Below, piece after piece: positions 1-11,939 of a DNA stretch of 64,000 nucleotides. Source of the DNA: Eutreptiella sp. 'Long Island Sound 2002' (Eukaryota; Protista; Euglenida). Under the pieces are notes generated by a model, which saw only the letters and a program-made list of their open reading frames with translations, was not told the origin of the DNA and did no database searches. Both the position numbers and the translations under genes were made by a program. Each line of letters starts with the position of its first letter. Within the stretch, counting starts at the first letter, position 1. The DNA is taken from assembly GCA_964036045.1 (NCBI GenBank), contig OZ038378.1, forward strand, positions 182,342,001 through 182,406,000. Reading direction: 5' to 3'.

Positions 1-34
1 ACAACCAATGCCACCACATGAGGCCACATGACAC

Positions 35-3000
35 CTCGAACTCCAAGCGTTGAAGCTCCAATTGTACGCTTTGGCAGGCCACGGCATGGAAGAAGACATT
101 CTTGGGAGCAAGGCCGTTGAAGAAGGAATACATTCCACCGGGTCGCAAAATGTCCGGCAGGATATCATGGAAGTCCTAGGCGCATGCGGCAGGTGCGGGG
201 TTGCACATTAGGCTGGCTGCAGTGCTGACTCCATGCCATACCCCTGTGTGTACATATCCCTCACTTGGTGGGTTCCATACCGAAACATCCTTCTGCCGTT
301 CTGGCACACCCCTGCTGCCCTGGAAAAAAAAGCAAACCGAACCAGCAGCAGTACGTTCACACGGTGTTGCTTGCTGAATGCTGATGCTGCTTCTGCAAAG
401 GATGTGAAGACGTGGGGCTGGGGGGGGGGGGGGGCTCATTTGCTCTGCGGTGTGCTGATAAGACCGGTACGTTAACGTGTAGTACATAATGCGTCCAGTT
501 TCATGTCCAGCGTCAGTGATTTTGTTTGAATCTGCTTGTAATTGGTCCGTCCTCGGGGTGTTTGGTGAGTCTTAGACGAGTTCAGGGCGTAATATTGTGA
601 GCAATAGTGCGACATATGTCGTGCTGCTCACATTTGCCCACTTGCAAATGCACTCCTCTGCCAGCGCTGACAGGCTTCACAGCCATTCCCAAACTGGAAG
701 GTTGCATCACCGGAGGTGTGCTGCTCCACGCATTTTGCCGCAGGTCAGGTGCTTCCAGACGGTGCGCTGAGGATCGCTGGACCCTGGATCCCAGGTGCAG
801 CACAGTAAGCGACCAGGGTTGTTTGATGCTGATCCATGCCTGCAGAGCATGGTGGTGACCTGGTTTTCCTGTGCCCATTCCTGTAGCCATAATCCCACCC
901 TGAACCCTGGGGGCCTGAGACTCCGGTTGTTGCAAAGGCTGAGGGTCCAGACACTCAGGACGGATGTAAAATAGAGCCCATTGCATTTGCCATCCGCTCC
1001 GTGGGTGTGTACACCTGCCCGCAATGTTGTTGGGATGCACAGCTGTACACTTCTTCATCCCGTGCCACGCACACGGACGGGGGAGGTTCCGGGCGTGGGC
1101 AAGGCACGCCAACTGTGTACGTCGCTCCCCCTCAACAGGCATCAACACAGCCTGTCTATGAACCCCCTGCACACAAATTGTGATGACACGGATGGCAGCA
1201 ATACACTTCAACCCACTTTGCACCCAACAAACTGGGTACATTGTGCGAAAGCAGGAATAATGACTGGGGTTCGACGTGTTTGGCAAACTACAAAACTGTG
1301 CACTGCATGTGCACAGTTTTTTTTCGGGGGGGGGGGGGGGGGTAAGACACAGCTGGGAATGGGGGAGGGGGCTTGATCAGTCACCCACCGGAGCCACATA
1401 ACGAGTTTGCTCGCCAAGGTGCCCACAGAGGAGTTTGCTTTGGGCACTCCCCTGTCTTTTTTGGGACATGCCCGGGATTTTGGAGGGTAAGATTCCCCAA
1501 CAGCGAGGGGCCAGAGATCCATTTGAAGGATCTACAGGTCAGGGAGGGCGTTCGAGCCCACTTTCTGGACCCCCCCCCCTTCGCAAACGTGCCACGTGAT
1601 CGAAGCCTAAAACAAGCCCCAGAGAGCGATCCCGCAGCGGGTGTGGGCACGTCACACACGTCCCTTGTTCTCGCAGCGCAGAGATAATGTCGAGGTATGT
1701 GTGGACGTGATACCATGTTCCGGATGTTCAGATTTGTATTCATTGGCCGTGGCGTCTCCCACCCCTCGACCCATGCCGTGGCAACCTGCGACACTTGTTT
1801 TAGAGGCTGGGCGTTCCGGTTCCTCAACCCACGAAAAAGACATCAAATAGATAAAAAGTGCTCAGGCTTCCGAGAGACGGCACGGTGTGCCCAGATTCGG
1901 GTTTTCCAGCCCTCAATGTGCCCCATGGACTCCCCTGGGGCACACATGCTCGTGGGACCTTCAAGCACTCTGGAGGGTTCCGGTGCGGCCGTCGCGATCC
2001 GGGGGTCGCGGCTTGGGACAGCCCCCCACACTCCGCGAGGGGACCAATGTCCTCCCGCTCCCGTGCCCTGCTGCGGGACCGAACAAAGCGGTTCGTGTTC
2101 CCCATTCAACTCCGTCTTGGACACGGGGCCCAACGCCCGGTCCCCATCCACAAAATAGCGCATTCTGGCAGATGCACGAATGGACTGCGGCGGCGTGTGA
2201 ACCTGACAAACCTGCTCCTGCCCATTGGCGGAGGTCTGGGGTCTGAAGGGGGGCGGGGCGGTGTCCGGGCCCGGCCCTACACTGTGTGTCTGCCGGCGGG
2301 TGCGTCACGAACTGAACACGGTCGTCCCGGGGGTGTGCACCCACACATCGATGAGCCCTTGCCCTGGCCCAGACCTGCATGTCCGTGTAATGCTCCGCAT
2401 ACGTGTCATAGAAGATGGCGTCGAAGGGCCCCAATGTACGGATGACGTCCTGCCATCGGCCGAACGCAATGCGCACCCCGGGCTTTCTGTCCCACCCTGA
2501 GGCAGATGCGGAGACACTCCTTGGGCCCTTTGGACCTCTGCCTCAGCCCCCGAGCAGCCATGTGCTTGCAGCAAACACCCCGACCCAACAGCCTTTGGTT
2601 CTTCAGCGAGAGTGCGGCGAGTACCCGCCGGAGTCGGTGGCGCGTCAGATGACCTTGCAATGCGACGTGGCACGCTGTTTCTACTCCCGGGCGTCTGAGG
2701 GAATGACGTGGAGGGGGGGGGAAGTGTCCTGCTTCTTCCGCCGGTTCATCTGTTGGAGGGCTACTGGCGGACCGTTGCGGGAGAGTCAGCAACCCTCAGG
2801 GGCTCGGACGGACGCAGAGGCACGCTCTCCGACTGCCGCATGCGGGACAAAGAGCTTTGGAGCCGCGTTTCTGGGCGGCGTTGGGTGCAGAGGACAGGGA
2901 TAGGGCTACGGTCCACCATCCCCACGTAGTGCCTGCCCACGATCTGCTCGACAGCGAAGAGGCAGAGGTTGCCAGGCGCTACTGACCACTCGCATTCACA

Positions 3001-6000
3001 AAGTTTGCATCTCTTCAGCGCTTTGCTACGACCGCCGTTGCTGCCCCTGCGGCTTCCGGGCAAACGCAACGTGCAGAGACACGCCATTCTCTATTTTGCC
3101 CCGGCCCTCCTTCCCTTTGAGTTACAACGCTGCACCCTTTGGGACCATCAATGTCCCAAATCTCCATAACACTCGAGCCCAGGGCACACCGTCCTCGAGC
3201 ATTTTGCGGTGGACATCAGGATGGGCCTCAATGATGGTATGCGTCTTACAGCCCACGCTTTGAATGAATGTGTCTATGATCCCCATACCAAAGCCTAGGA
3301 GAATGGAGGTGAAGATGGAGTTGTGGTGCAGATTGTGGTGATGGGGTCAGGGCTCAATAGTGGGATTGAAATTGAAATTTGGACAACTCGGATGTGGCGA
3401 CGTTCTCAACTGTTTTGTTTTGTTGCAAACAAAAGTAAACCGGACTGCACCGACATTGGGGGTTAAATGGGATGAAACTGAAGGAGGCAGCTCGCCGCAA
3501 AAGACCGTGGGGGCAGTGTGCATTTCGGCTCGGCGTACAGTTGGGCTTGGCGCATATGTAATCAGCCGGCCAAATGTATGGCCGTACATTCGGCCGGCTG
3601 GCCGGCTGGCCGAATGGCGATGCCTGACTTTCGGTGGACGTTACTCGGCTGTTGGCGCGTGCAGCACAAGATTCTGTGGATGGCCCCGTAACACTTGGGG
3701 GTTCCAGAAAGGGGACTATTTTGGCCGGCCCTTTGTACCCCCGAATGGTGACGTGTGAGGGGTCACGTGTGGGTTGTTGTTTGAGACGACGTCAGCAACA
3801 AATCAGCACATGCAGATCACAAGAAGGAGGCAAAAGCTTATCAAGGGCCGAAAACGACCCTAGGCGCCTTTCGCAAAAAGTCGAAAAAAAATAGACACTC
3901 AGAACCCCCCCCCCCCCCCCCCCGGTGTCCAACGAACAATTTTGTCCAAAAAAATATGGTCCAAACAGGAGTGTCCGTTGGACACGCCGTTCGGCGCGCG
4001 TGACAAAATTGCAAAACGGCGGTAACCCATCCCCAGGCATAAGACACCCAGCCCATCCAAATTACAAAGCGATGGAGGCCTCCAATGAGCACTTTTCAGT
4101 GTAGAAGCCCTTGTTGCAGCCCCGCTCCATGCGGAAAAGCTGAACATGCCCCCGGGCTTGGGGCCCTCCTTGTTCTTGGCACAGGCAGAAATGGCAGCCT
4201 GATCTGGCTTAGGGACCTTTGGGACGGACACCGCTTGTATAGCACCTCCTGGTCAGATGCAAGGGGGGCGACCTGTTCAAATTCTAGACCCCAACCGGGT
4301 GCGAAAACTTTTGGGGGTCTGGGGGGTAGGTGGGTCGGCCGGTCAGCCGCCGGGGTCCCTAGAGGGGGGTCAGTGGGTACCCCAAAATACAAACCTCAAA
4401 ATGATCCCCATGAGGCGCTGATCAATTTCAACATACACAATGGGGTAAAAATTTTTTTCAGAAAAAATTTGCCCATTGGCTCAGGCTCCTATCAGCCAAG
4501 GTCAGACCTGGAGGTCAGGTCAAGGGTCAAAACATTTTCTGCGTTTTTCAAACATTTCTGAATTCTCCACAAAATTCTGAGTATTTTGAGTATAGTAGAC
4601 ACATAGGGTGAAAAAAAATATACCCCCTCAGGAAAGGCAAAAAAAAAAATTTCGGCGCCTTTGGCGCCGACCCTTTCCCCCAAATCTCAAATTGGAGAAG
4701 GATGGGTTCGAAAACTTTGGGGGGGTCTGGAGGGGGGGGGAGGGGGGGGGGGTCTGGAATTCGAACAGGCCGCTCCCCTTGGCCATGTGCAAGCAGAGAA
4801 TCAGTCATGAGGTCCTGTAGTTGAGGGACACAATTCCCTCACATCCTGCTTTACAACTTTACCCACAGTTACTCACTACAACCCCTCATTCCCCAAATCC
4901 TTTGGCCTGAAACCTCGATTCTGAAGCCTGGTACATAATTAAGTACGTAATTAATCATGTCGTCAAAAAATACGGTCCAAATGGAAGTGTTCGTTGGACA
5001 CGGCATTCGTTGGACACGGGGGGGGGGGGGGGTAACACTCCTTTTTTGCCTCCATTATGTGAAAAAATAGGTTAGAGGAATCCGTTGATTGGCATACAGA
5101 ATGTTGCCTGCCCACCTTCCATGCCAGGACGAGCTTTTTCTTTTGAGTGCTTGATGGCCCTCGCCTCCAACAATGAAGCAACACCCCTCCAGCAATGAAC
5201 CATTCCCCGTCTACGTCCCATTTCTGGCACCCCAGAACCCCATGCAACTCTTTCCACAGTTTTGGGTTGACAACAACGTTTGCACCAATAATTTTCCAAG
5301 AATTGTTGTCCGGAAAATCATTGGTGTAAAAATTTAAAAGGGCATTCTGTGAGCACTGGCCAAAAGAGCTCCTGCCAATGGTGGGGAGGTTGGAAATGAC
5401 TGACATCTAAAATTTCACCCACGGACGGACATCCCACTCTCACCCACAACCTCCCCCGAAGAACGTCTGTTTTAAAGTACTGTGCACAAGCGGTGATCAG
5501 CACATAACGCAGAAGAAAAATTGGTTCTGTCGCAAAGTGGGACAAGGGAAAGGTGACCTGTGGTGTGGACACCATGCCATCACCACAGCTGCGGCCTTTT
5601 TACCGTGACAGAACTCCCACTGTCCAACACAGTATGGCAGCTGGTGGTTGTTTGGCGAAAGCACTTCTTCCCCCCAAACATTTCCCCAAAAAATTTGAAG
5701 ACCGCTGGGGGGAGGGGTGTCTCCCCCTCCCCCAGAAGTGCAACTCTTCGAACCCCCAGACAAGGCAAGGACTGTCGTCGCGCAGCGGTGGGCACGTGTG
5801 CGGTCACCATGCTGCGGCCCCTGGACCATCATACCACACAATGAGTTCACGGATAGGGGACGACGGGATGGAAGGAACCACAGCACAGGGAGCATGGGGA
5901 CCCCCTGCCGACGGGCCAGTGGCCCAGGGATGCGCTGGTGGGGCTCTGGGGGGGGGGGGGGGGGGCTCGTAGAAGAGACGTCAGCATGGGAACGTCGTGA

Positions 6001-9000
6001 CACCACTCGGCACAGTGGTCGGAAAACGCCGGGGGATGAGGCATGTGCCACGAAGCAGATGCCTCGCGGGACAAAACGGCTGTTTGGAGTGCCCCCCCCC
6101 CCCCCCCGGGGCCCTCCGGCCCCGGTGCACCCTGTCCCTGTAGCGCCAATTCCCTGAAGAGGGCAGCCCCTGGTCCCCTGGAGGGGGGGTGGGGCTGGTG
6201 GTCTCCGCTTGCCCCGCCCCCGCAACCCCATGCGTCCCTACCCCTTACCCCCCACTCCCTCAGTCCGTACCGCCGGGGGGGAGGGGGGTTCCGAGGCAAG
6301 GGAGGCCAATCCATGTAACCCCCGAGTCAGGGGGAGCGAGACCGGGCCAGAGAGGGTGTGAGGGCTGCGCATGATCGGGGGGGGGGGGCGCGAGACACAC
6401 GCGCACACCGACGTTCAGCACGTCCCGATCCGCGTCCGTCCCGCACAGCAGCTCCGCGTGGGCCTTCATGATGGGGGTCTCCCACTCCATCATCACGCCA
6501 TCGTCCGCATGATCCAGCAACTTGTCGCCTTCGTACCGAACGTTGCGCCCTGAGACACGGGGCTTGCGGCGCGTCCGGGCACGGCACAGCACTCTCCCCA
6601 ACAGAAGGTCCATCCACATCAGGAGGCGCTGCCTCATGCGTTCAACGTCAGATGCATCACTGGGCACACGAGCACATGCCATAATGCCCTTGTGCAGATG
6701 TCACTGCTTCAGGGCAGTTCCATTTTCATTACTGGGGGTCGGGTGAGAGGGCCAGGGTATGTGGGGGGGTCCTGGTGGTTTGGGCCTGGGAGCGAAGGCC
6801 AAAGAGGAACACCAAGCAGCAAGGCCCGCAGGTACTCGGTCGTGTGTTCGGGAGGGGAGTCAGATGGGGACTAACACGCACACACACCTCCGACCTGCAC
6901 CCCCACACACCTCAGACCTCTACCCCAGCTATTACTCCAGAACACTGGTTTTGGCCTGTTTTTGTGAGTATGATTTTCTTCTGTCCTGCAAAACAACACA
7001 CCCAAAGTTTGCACTCGAGCACACTGCAATTGCACGACGGGCAACTCACCCGCATTGAGTGGAGCATTGCTGGTGGTTGTGTAGGCGGACCTGCATGACC
7101 TCCCCAGCACTAGAGAAGGTGCCGACGTGCCTTGCAAATGGTATGCTGAAACACACCCAAGTATTCCGATGAGTCCTCCAAATTACCCCCTTTAACTTGG
7201 CGCTCATCTGCAAGCTGCTTGCGTTCCAGGTACCTGCGGCGAGGTGGAAGTGGCAGTGGCAGTGGCACGGTCCGGAGGGGGACAAGCAGGTTGCCCTGAC
7301 TGCAGTGCTCATGAATAACGAGTAAGAGCCTTGAAGCTTGACAGGCGCCGGCGACCACGATCTAGTCATCGCGGGCGAGAGCTGGCTCGGTGCGGGTCCA
7401 CACCATCCATAGACCCAGTCCATCACAGTAGCCAGGGTCCAGTTCACCTGGGTGGCCGGGTAAAGCTCAGGGAAGGTCTTCTGGCGCAGTGCTATCACTT
7501 TATGAATGGCTGAGCCACTTCCTGGGCCTGCAGGAGCTTCACAGCAGGAAGAGTCTCAACTCACCTCACCTCAGGCCAAGTTCTTGCACTGCGTGCGCAC
7601 TGCGTGCATACTGCGCACGCAGAGGCTGAGATACTCACCCAAGAATACCTGTCACCTGTCTAGTAGCACGGCGAAGCAGCAAAGCCCACATGAGAACAAC
7701 GAAACTGCCTTCAACTTGCCCACTCTGAACATGTCCTTCTTCCATAAAGTCCAATTTTGACAAACCCAAAATCCATGCTTCTTGACCCCACTTCCATGCT
7801 TTGTTCAGTGGCAAAGGAAAGCCCACATGCCCACTCTGAACATGCCCTTCTTCCACAAAGTCCAACTTGTACAAACCCCGGATCCATGATTCTTGACCCC
7901 ACTTCAATGCTTTGTTCAGCAGCAAGGGAAAGCCCACTTGGCCGCACAACAAAGCATGGATTGAATAATTGGCCCGGTCTCCTCAATAGCACCGGAAGGT
8001 TGAAAGCCCAAAATAACGCTCCCTCAAAGATGCCCGGCGCGCACCCCGTGCGCTAACGCCGATGCGGGGGAGGAAATAGGGGGAAATGGTTGAAAATGGG
8101 CAAAAGTGGTTGACAATTCAAATATGCCACATCCTAAATGCTTAGGAAGCTAAAAAAAACCCTGGTACGGAACCAAAAACGTGTGAAAAGTGGCCAAAAC
8201 TAGGGTTCGAGTATTTGCCGACATCCAAAACTTCGCACTGCGTGCGCACTGCGTGCATGGCATTCCCTCAGACCTCTGCGGCAGCATAGCTCAGAGCTCC
8301 CTTGCCACCCACCTCAGACCACCAGCCCCACACACCTCACAATTGAACCCCCACACACCTGAGACCTTCACTCCCACACACCTCAGACCACCACCCCCAC
8401 GCACATCAAGGAGCACCACTCACTCCACCAACTGCCTCCGCTTTCAGCGGGGGCCTGTGGGGGCATGGGAGGACGAGCACAACCACACGTCTTGGAAACC
8501 AGAGGACAGGATGGAGACTGGAAGAGGGCCATACCCAAGCAACTGCTCCACGATCACTGCGTGGTTGACGATGATGTCGATGATGGGCTGATGCCCGGCG
8601 TCCATGGCATATTCACCTGCAGAAGCCGTGAGGGAATCACCAGAATACGGACCGAGCAGGCAGCAGGCAGCTACAAGCCGTCGCTTGCAGATAAAAGGCG
8701 GGGGGTCGCTACCAGATTCACACTGTAGCCCTCGCTCTGCCTCTATGACACCCACTTTGCCTCTAGCCGTCCCTTCGGTCAGTTGCTCAGCCATATGACG
8801 CGTTCAGCGCGGAAGACTCTGCTACGGTACATTCCGCGACTACCCATGACTTCACCCATGAACAGGAGGGTGGGGGTGCCATACCTGCACATCGTCCATA
8901 TCGATCAAGGGCATTCCATGGAGCGCCCGCGTTCAACAATAGCGAGACCGCCTCCTGATTCCCTGGGCAATGGGAGGACAAGGGTAAGAGGATGCAGTGG

Positions 9001-10747
9001 TCGTGTGTGTGTGTGTGTGTGTGTGCAGACGCGTGTGTGTGCCTGTGTATGTTGAGGAATCATCGTATTGGGGAGGGCAGCAGCCCTTTAAATTCCTGTA
9101 CTCATGCAAAAGGTGGGGTCAGTGGTTAGTGGAATAGGGCTTGCTCCATCCCACGCGCCCCCCGTGCTTTGCGTCGCGGCAGAAGGCCCCGGTCTGCACA
9201 ATCGCCTTGGGTCCTCCTGGCCCTGCCTCGTACTACGGAGGGCCAGCGACTGTTACGGTCCAACCCGCAAGTCGTGACACAGGTTGCAGCTGTTGTGCCA
9301 TCATGCCCAGCCTGGGCCGCAGGCAACCGTATCCGCTGACCCTGGTGGAACCGCGACCAGGCATCATACACGACGCACACACACCCCTCGAAGCAAAGAG
9401 GAGAAAGAATTCACAGAAGGGGAAAACCGCCCACAGCTGCACCCTGATGCACACTGTGACAAAGACCAAACGCCCACACCAAAATGAAAAAGCGTTGCTG
9501 GTGGGGTGGAGGGGGGGGGGACCACGCCAAAGGTAAAGGACCGCAGTGGATCCAGAAAGATTTCCAGAAACTCTGCGAGGGGGCAAATGGGATCGTCTCC
9601 GCGCCTGCACGCGTTATATGTGGTAGGGGGAACTTGTAATCACCCTCCCCCCGTGCAATACAATATCCGTCCTCTTGCCCTGACCCATCCAGGCCAGAGG
9701 AAGAAGAACGAGAACAAAATGGCGTGGGGGCAGAAGGAAAATATGATCATCCCCTCCTGAACCCCCAGCACCACGTCCCCCACCTTCAGCTGACCCCGCT
9801 CAGGGGGAAGCTCCCACTGAATTGCCCACTGAGACTCGAGAGTCGGCCCGCTTTATGGCTGTGGTCAACCTCTTTGTGGAACCACAACCTCTATAAAGGC
9901 AACTGGCTGACATGTGTGCTACGCGCCGCCCAGCCGTGCCCGCTGACAAAAGAGGACGTGGGGTGAAACTTCTGGCTCCACATCGTCGCACAGCATGCGC
10001 TGAGGGAGGGGGTCTAGAAAAAAGGGGAACCAGTGGAACGCGTTTGGTGCGTGCAGGATTTGGAGAGCCCCTGGCGCAAACATTGGTGCGGTTGCCGTTG
10101 CCGCAAGCGACATCTTGTAAGGGGCTTATGACCTTGGGTTGTGCCCTCCCGTCGCATGTGCTGCATACCTCGCTACTGGACAATACAAGGGGAAGGCTGT
10201 GCATCGAGCATCGGAAAGTGGTGGTATGGACGTGTATCCATCTTCATGCCCTTTTAAAGCCGCACATGGCTGCTATGTGTAACAGCCTCTCCTTCCTGCA
10301 TCGCGTGTGTACGGTGTGTGTGCTACACAACCGTCTCCCACAATCGGGTACAAATCGTTCACAAATGAGGTGCTTCCTGCCCCTCCTATTGCCAAAACTG
10401 CTATCCGGCCTGACGAGCCCGGTGGTAAGTGTGCCGCAGAGTGCACGCCGCGCCTTGTGGACACATGGTCTGTGTGCCGGTTCGCGTGCAAATGTGCATG
10501 TGCACCGATTTGTTTCACAATATGCGACATGAGGTGGATGCTGAATTGTATGATGTCAGGGCACATCTGCAAGAAAATACAGCCGCGTACTCAGGTCTGC
10601 CCTCGGGGATGAGAGAGTTGCACCGAGAGGTGCTGCTGCGAGACAGGGATCTTGTTCTGCCCACTGGGGTTCTGCTCTGACCAGCTTCTGTAGTGTGGAG
10701 AGCGGCACAATTTGTGGGTCAGAATGCGGGTCGGAATGTGTGTGTGT

Positions 10748-10842
<95 letters not shown>

Positions 10843-11939
10843 CGTGCGTGTGTGTGTGTGTGCGTGGGTGCGTGCACCTGTGTGCGGGTGTGTGGCTGAA
10901 CAGTCATGACAAACACCCCATGGCGCCCGTCCCAGAACCCTTCACCAGGACAACACCTGAGTTTGCAGCGTGCATCAGCACAGAAGAGCCCTTGACTTCC
11001 TCCTGGACGGAAAGCACACCAGTGTTTGGCATCAACCCCCATCCCCCTTGCCCCTTGAATACCCCCCCGCAATGCACGATGGCGCCCCACACACCCCTGG
11101 GGCCCTGTGAGCTGCGGTAGATGTGATGACCTCTGGCAAGCCTCACCAGTCTCAAGACCTACAAGGCATAGCCCGTCCTGCGGTCTGGTGGCTAGGCCCC
11201 GACCTCTTGCATCATGTCTCGGGCTGTGCACCAGTGCCCAGGTGTCTCCAACACATGGGCACTCAATATGACATCGGAGCCTGTCGTGTCAACTGCAGTG
11301 GCCGCAACTGCGTGTGGGTGAGCGCAGATACCCCACGAGGGGGGGCCGCTTTGAGCAGGTCCCCTGTGCCACTGGTCAGGACCATGACTTGACATGGTCG
11401 TGTGTGGGTGTGAGTCAGCGGTGGGCAAGAGTCAACGTGTTCAGAGTGTAGAGGGCATCACTGCGCCAGGGTCGCCCAGGGTCAGCGGGTGGCCCCGATG
11501 GCCCAGTACTAGCACAAGTGCACTGTTCCCGGGGTGGGCTGGGTTGGGTGTGTCTTGACGTAGCCTGAAGCGCTTCCATTGTCATGAGATGGCGACCTGT
11601 CAGGGCGTCTCAGGCTGCCGTGCGTCGGACTCTGTGGAGGCGACACCTTTTAGTAAAAGTGTGCAAGTGACGATGCCCCCCCCCGCAATGCAAAGGGGTT
11701 GACCCCCCTTGGGGTAGGTACCCCCCTCTTTGGGGTCTTTCAGGCCACAAGAACCGGATACACCGGCATGCCCCAGCCCACTCCTGATCCACAGGACTGC
11801 GCCTCACCCCAAGCGTGACCTGATAACATGCTTCTGCTCCAGCATCCAACAACTCTTGTATCCGCACGGCATTGCCTTCTTTGGCCGCCTCAAGCAATTC
11901 AGCGTTAAGATCGTCGCAATGCCCCGGATCTTTCGCCAT
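35..11939 (-). CDS. RMT2: Protein arginine N-methyltransferase 2 (RMT2-like: N-terminal ankyrin repeats plus GAMT-like class I methyltransferase); multi-exon, 3' end lies beyond the window start
   Basis: Exons reconstructed on the minus strand, all GT-AG and phase-consistent: 11939-11820, 11002-10957, 8962-8885, 8616-8535, 7233-7157, 6549-6409, 3294-3190, 2496-2375, 175-35. Joined peptide: MAKDPGHCDDLNAELLEAAKEGNAVRIQELLDAGAEACYQ/EEVKGSSVLMHAANS/GNQEAVSLLLNAGAPWNALDRYGRCA/GEYAMDAGH...EQLL/GYLERKQ...SSEYL/GRNVRYEGDKLLDHADDGVMMEWETPIMKAHAELLC...DVLNV/GFGMGIID...HTIIEAHPDV...ED/GWDRKPGVRIAFGRWQDV...FDAIFYDTYAEHYTDMQ/DFHDILPDILRPGGMYSFFNGL. These motifs are typical of Rmt2-family proteins. Confidence 0.93.
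3882..3904 (-). other. Spliced-leader (SL) exon relic, 23 of 26 nt, not followed by a GT donor
   Basis: The minus strand reads TTCTGAGTGTCTATTTTTTTTCG, the 3' 23 nt of the Euglena-type SL ACTTTCTGAGTGTCTATTTTTTTTCG (recalled sequence). The next bases are ACTTTTTGCG rather than GT, so this is not an SL RNA gene. Confidence 0.85.
3905..5032. mobile_element. MITE-like or composite non-autonomous element with C-run/GTGTCCAACGAA inverted ends
   Basis: Left end is C19-GGTGTCCAACGAA (3905-3936); right end is TTCGTTGGACAC-G15 (5006-5032). The left ~250 bp is homologous to 32876-33130. No convincing TSD was found. Confidence 0.55.
7719..7940. repeat. Two diverged tandem copies of a ~111-bp unit
   Basis: CCCACTCTGAACATG(T/C)CCTTCTTCCA...TTCTTGACCCCACTT...ATGCTTTGTTCAG...GAAAGCCCAC occurs twice in succession. 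Confidence 0.8.
10737..10875. repeat. (TG)n microsatellite in RMT2 intron 2
   Basis: Long, nearly perfect TG dinucleotide run. Confidence 0.97.

Noticed and set aside
1843-2163. YFVDGDRALGPVSKTEL resembles a GYF_2 motif and could be an alternative RMT2 terminal exon
   Set aside because: The true next exon with conserved RMT2 motifs is at 175-35, and the resemblance is short and probably chance.
7448-7497. Exon-like IALRQKTFPELYPATQ|GT segment
   Set aside because: No acceptor gives a phase compatible with the neighbouring RMT2 exons, and the protein is complete without it.
8424-8454. Candidate extra RMT2 exon (GPPLKAEAVGG) with good AG and GTGAGT sites
   Set aside because: Its phases (2 in, 0 out) would frameshift the gene. 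Exon 8616-8535 joins 7233-7157 in frame without it.
10429-10680. PCGHMVC RING-like fragment
   Set aside because: The remaining RING ligands are missing, it is intronic and antisense to RMT2, and there are no supporting exons.
10693-10909. ORFs rich in CV or HT dipeptides
   Set aside because: They are translations of the (TG)n microsatellite.
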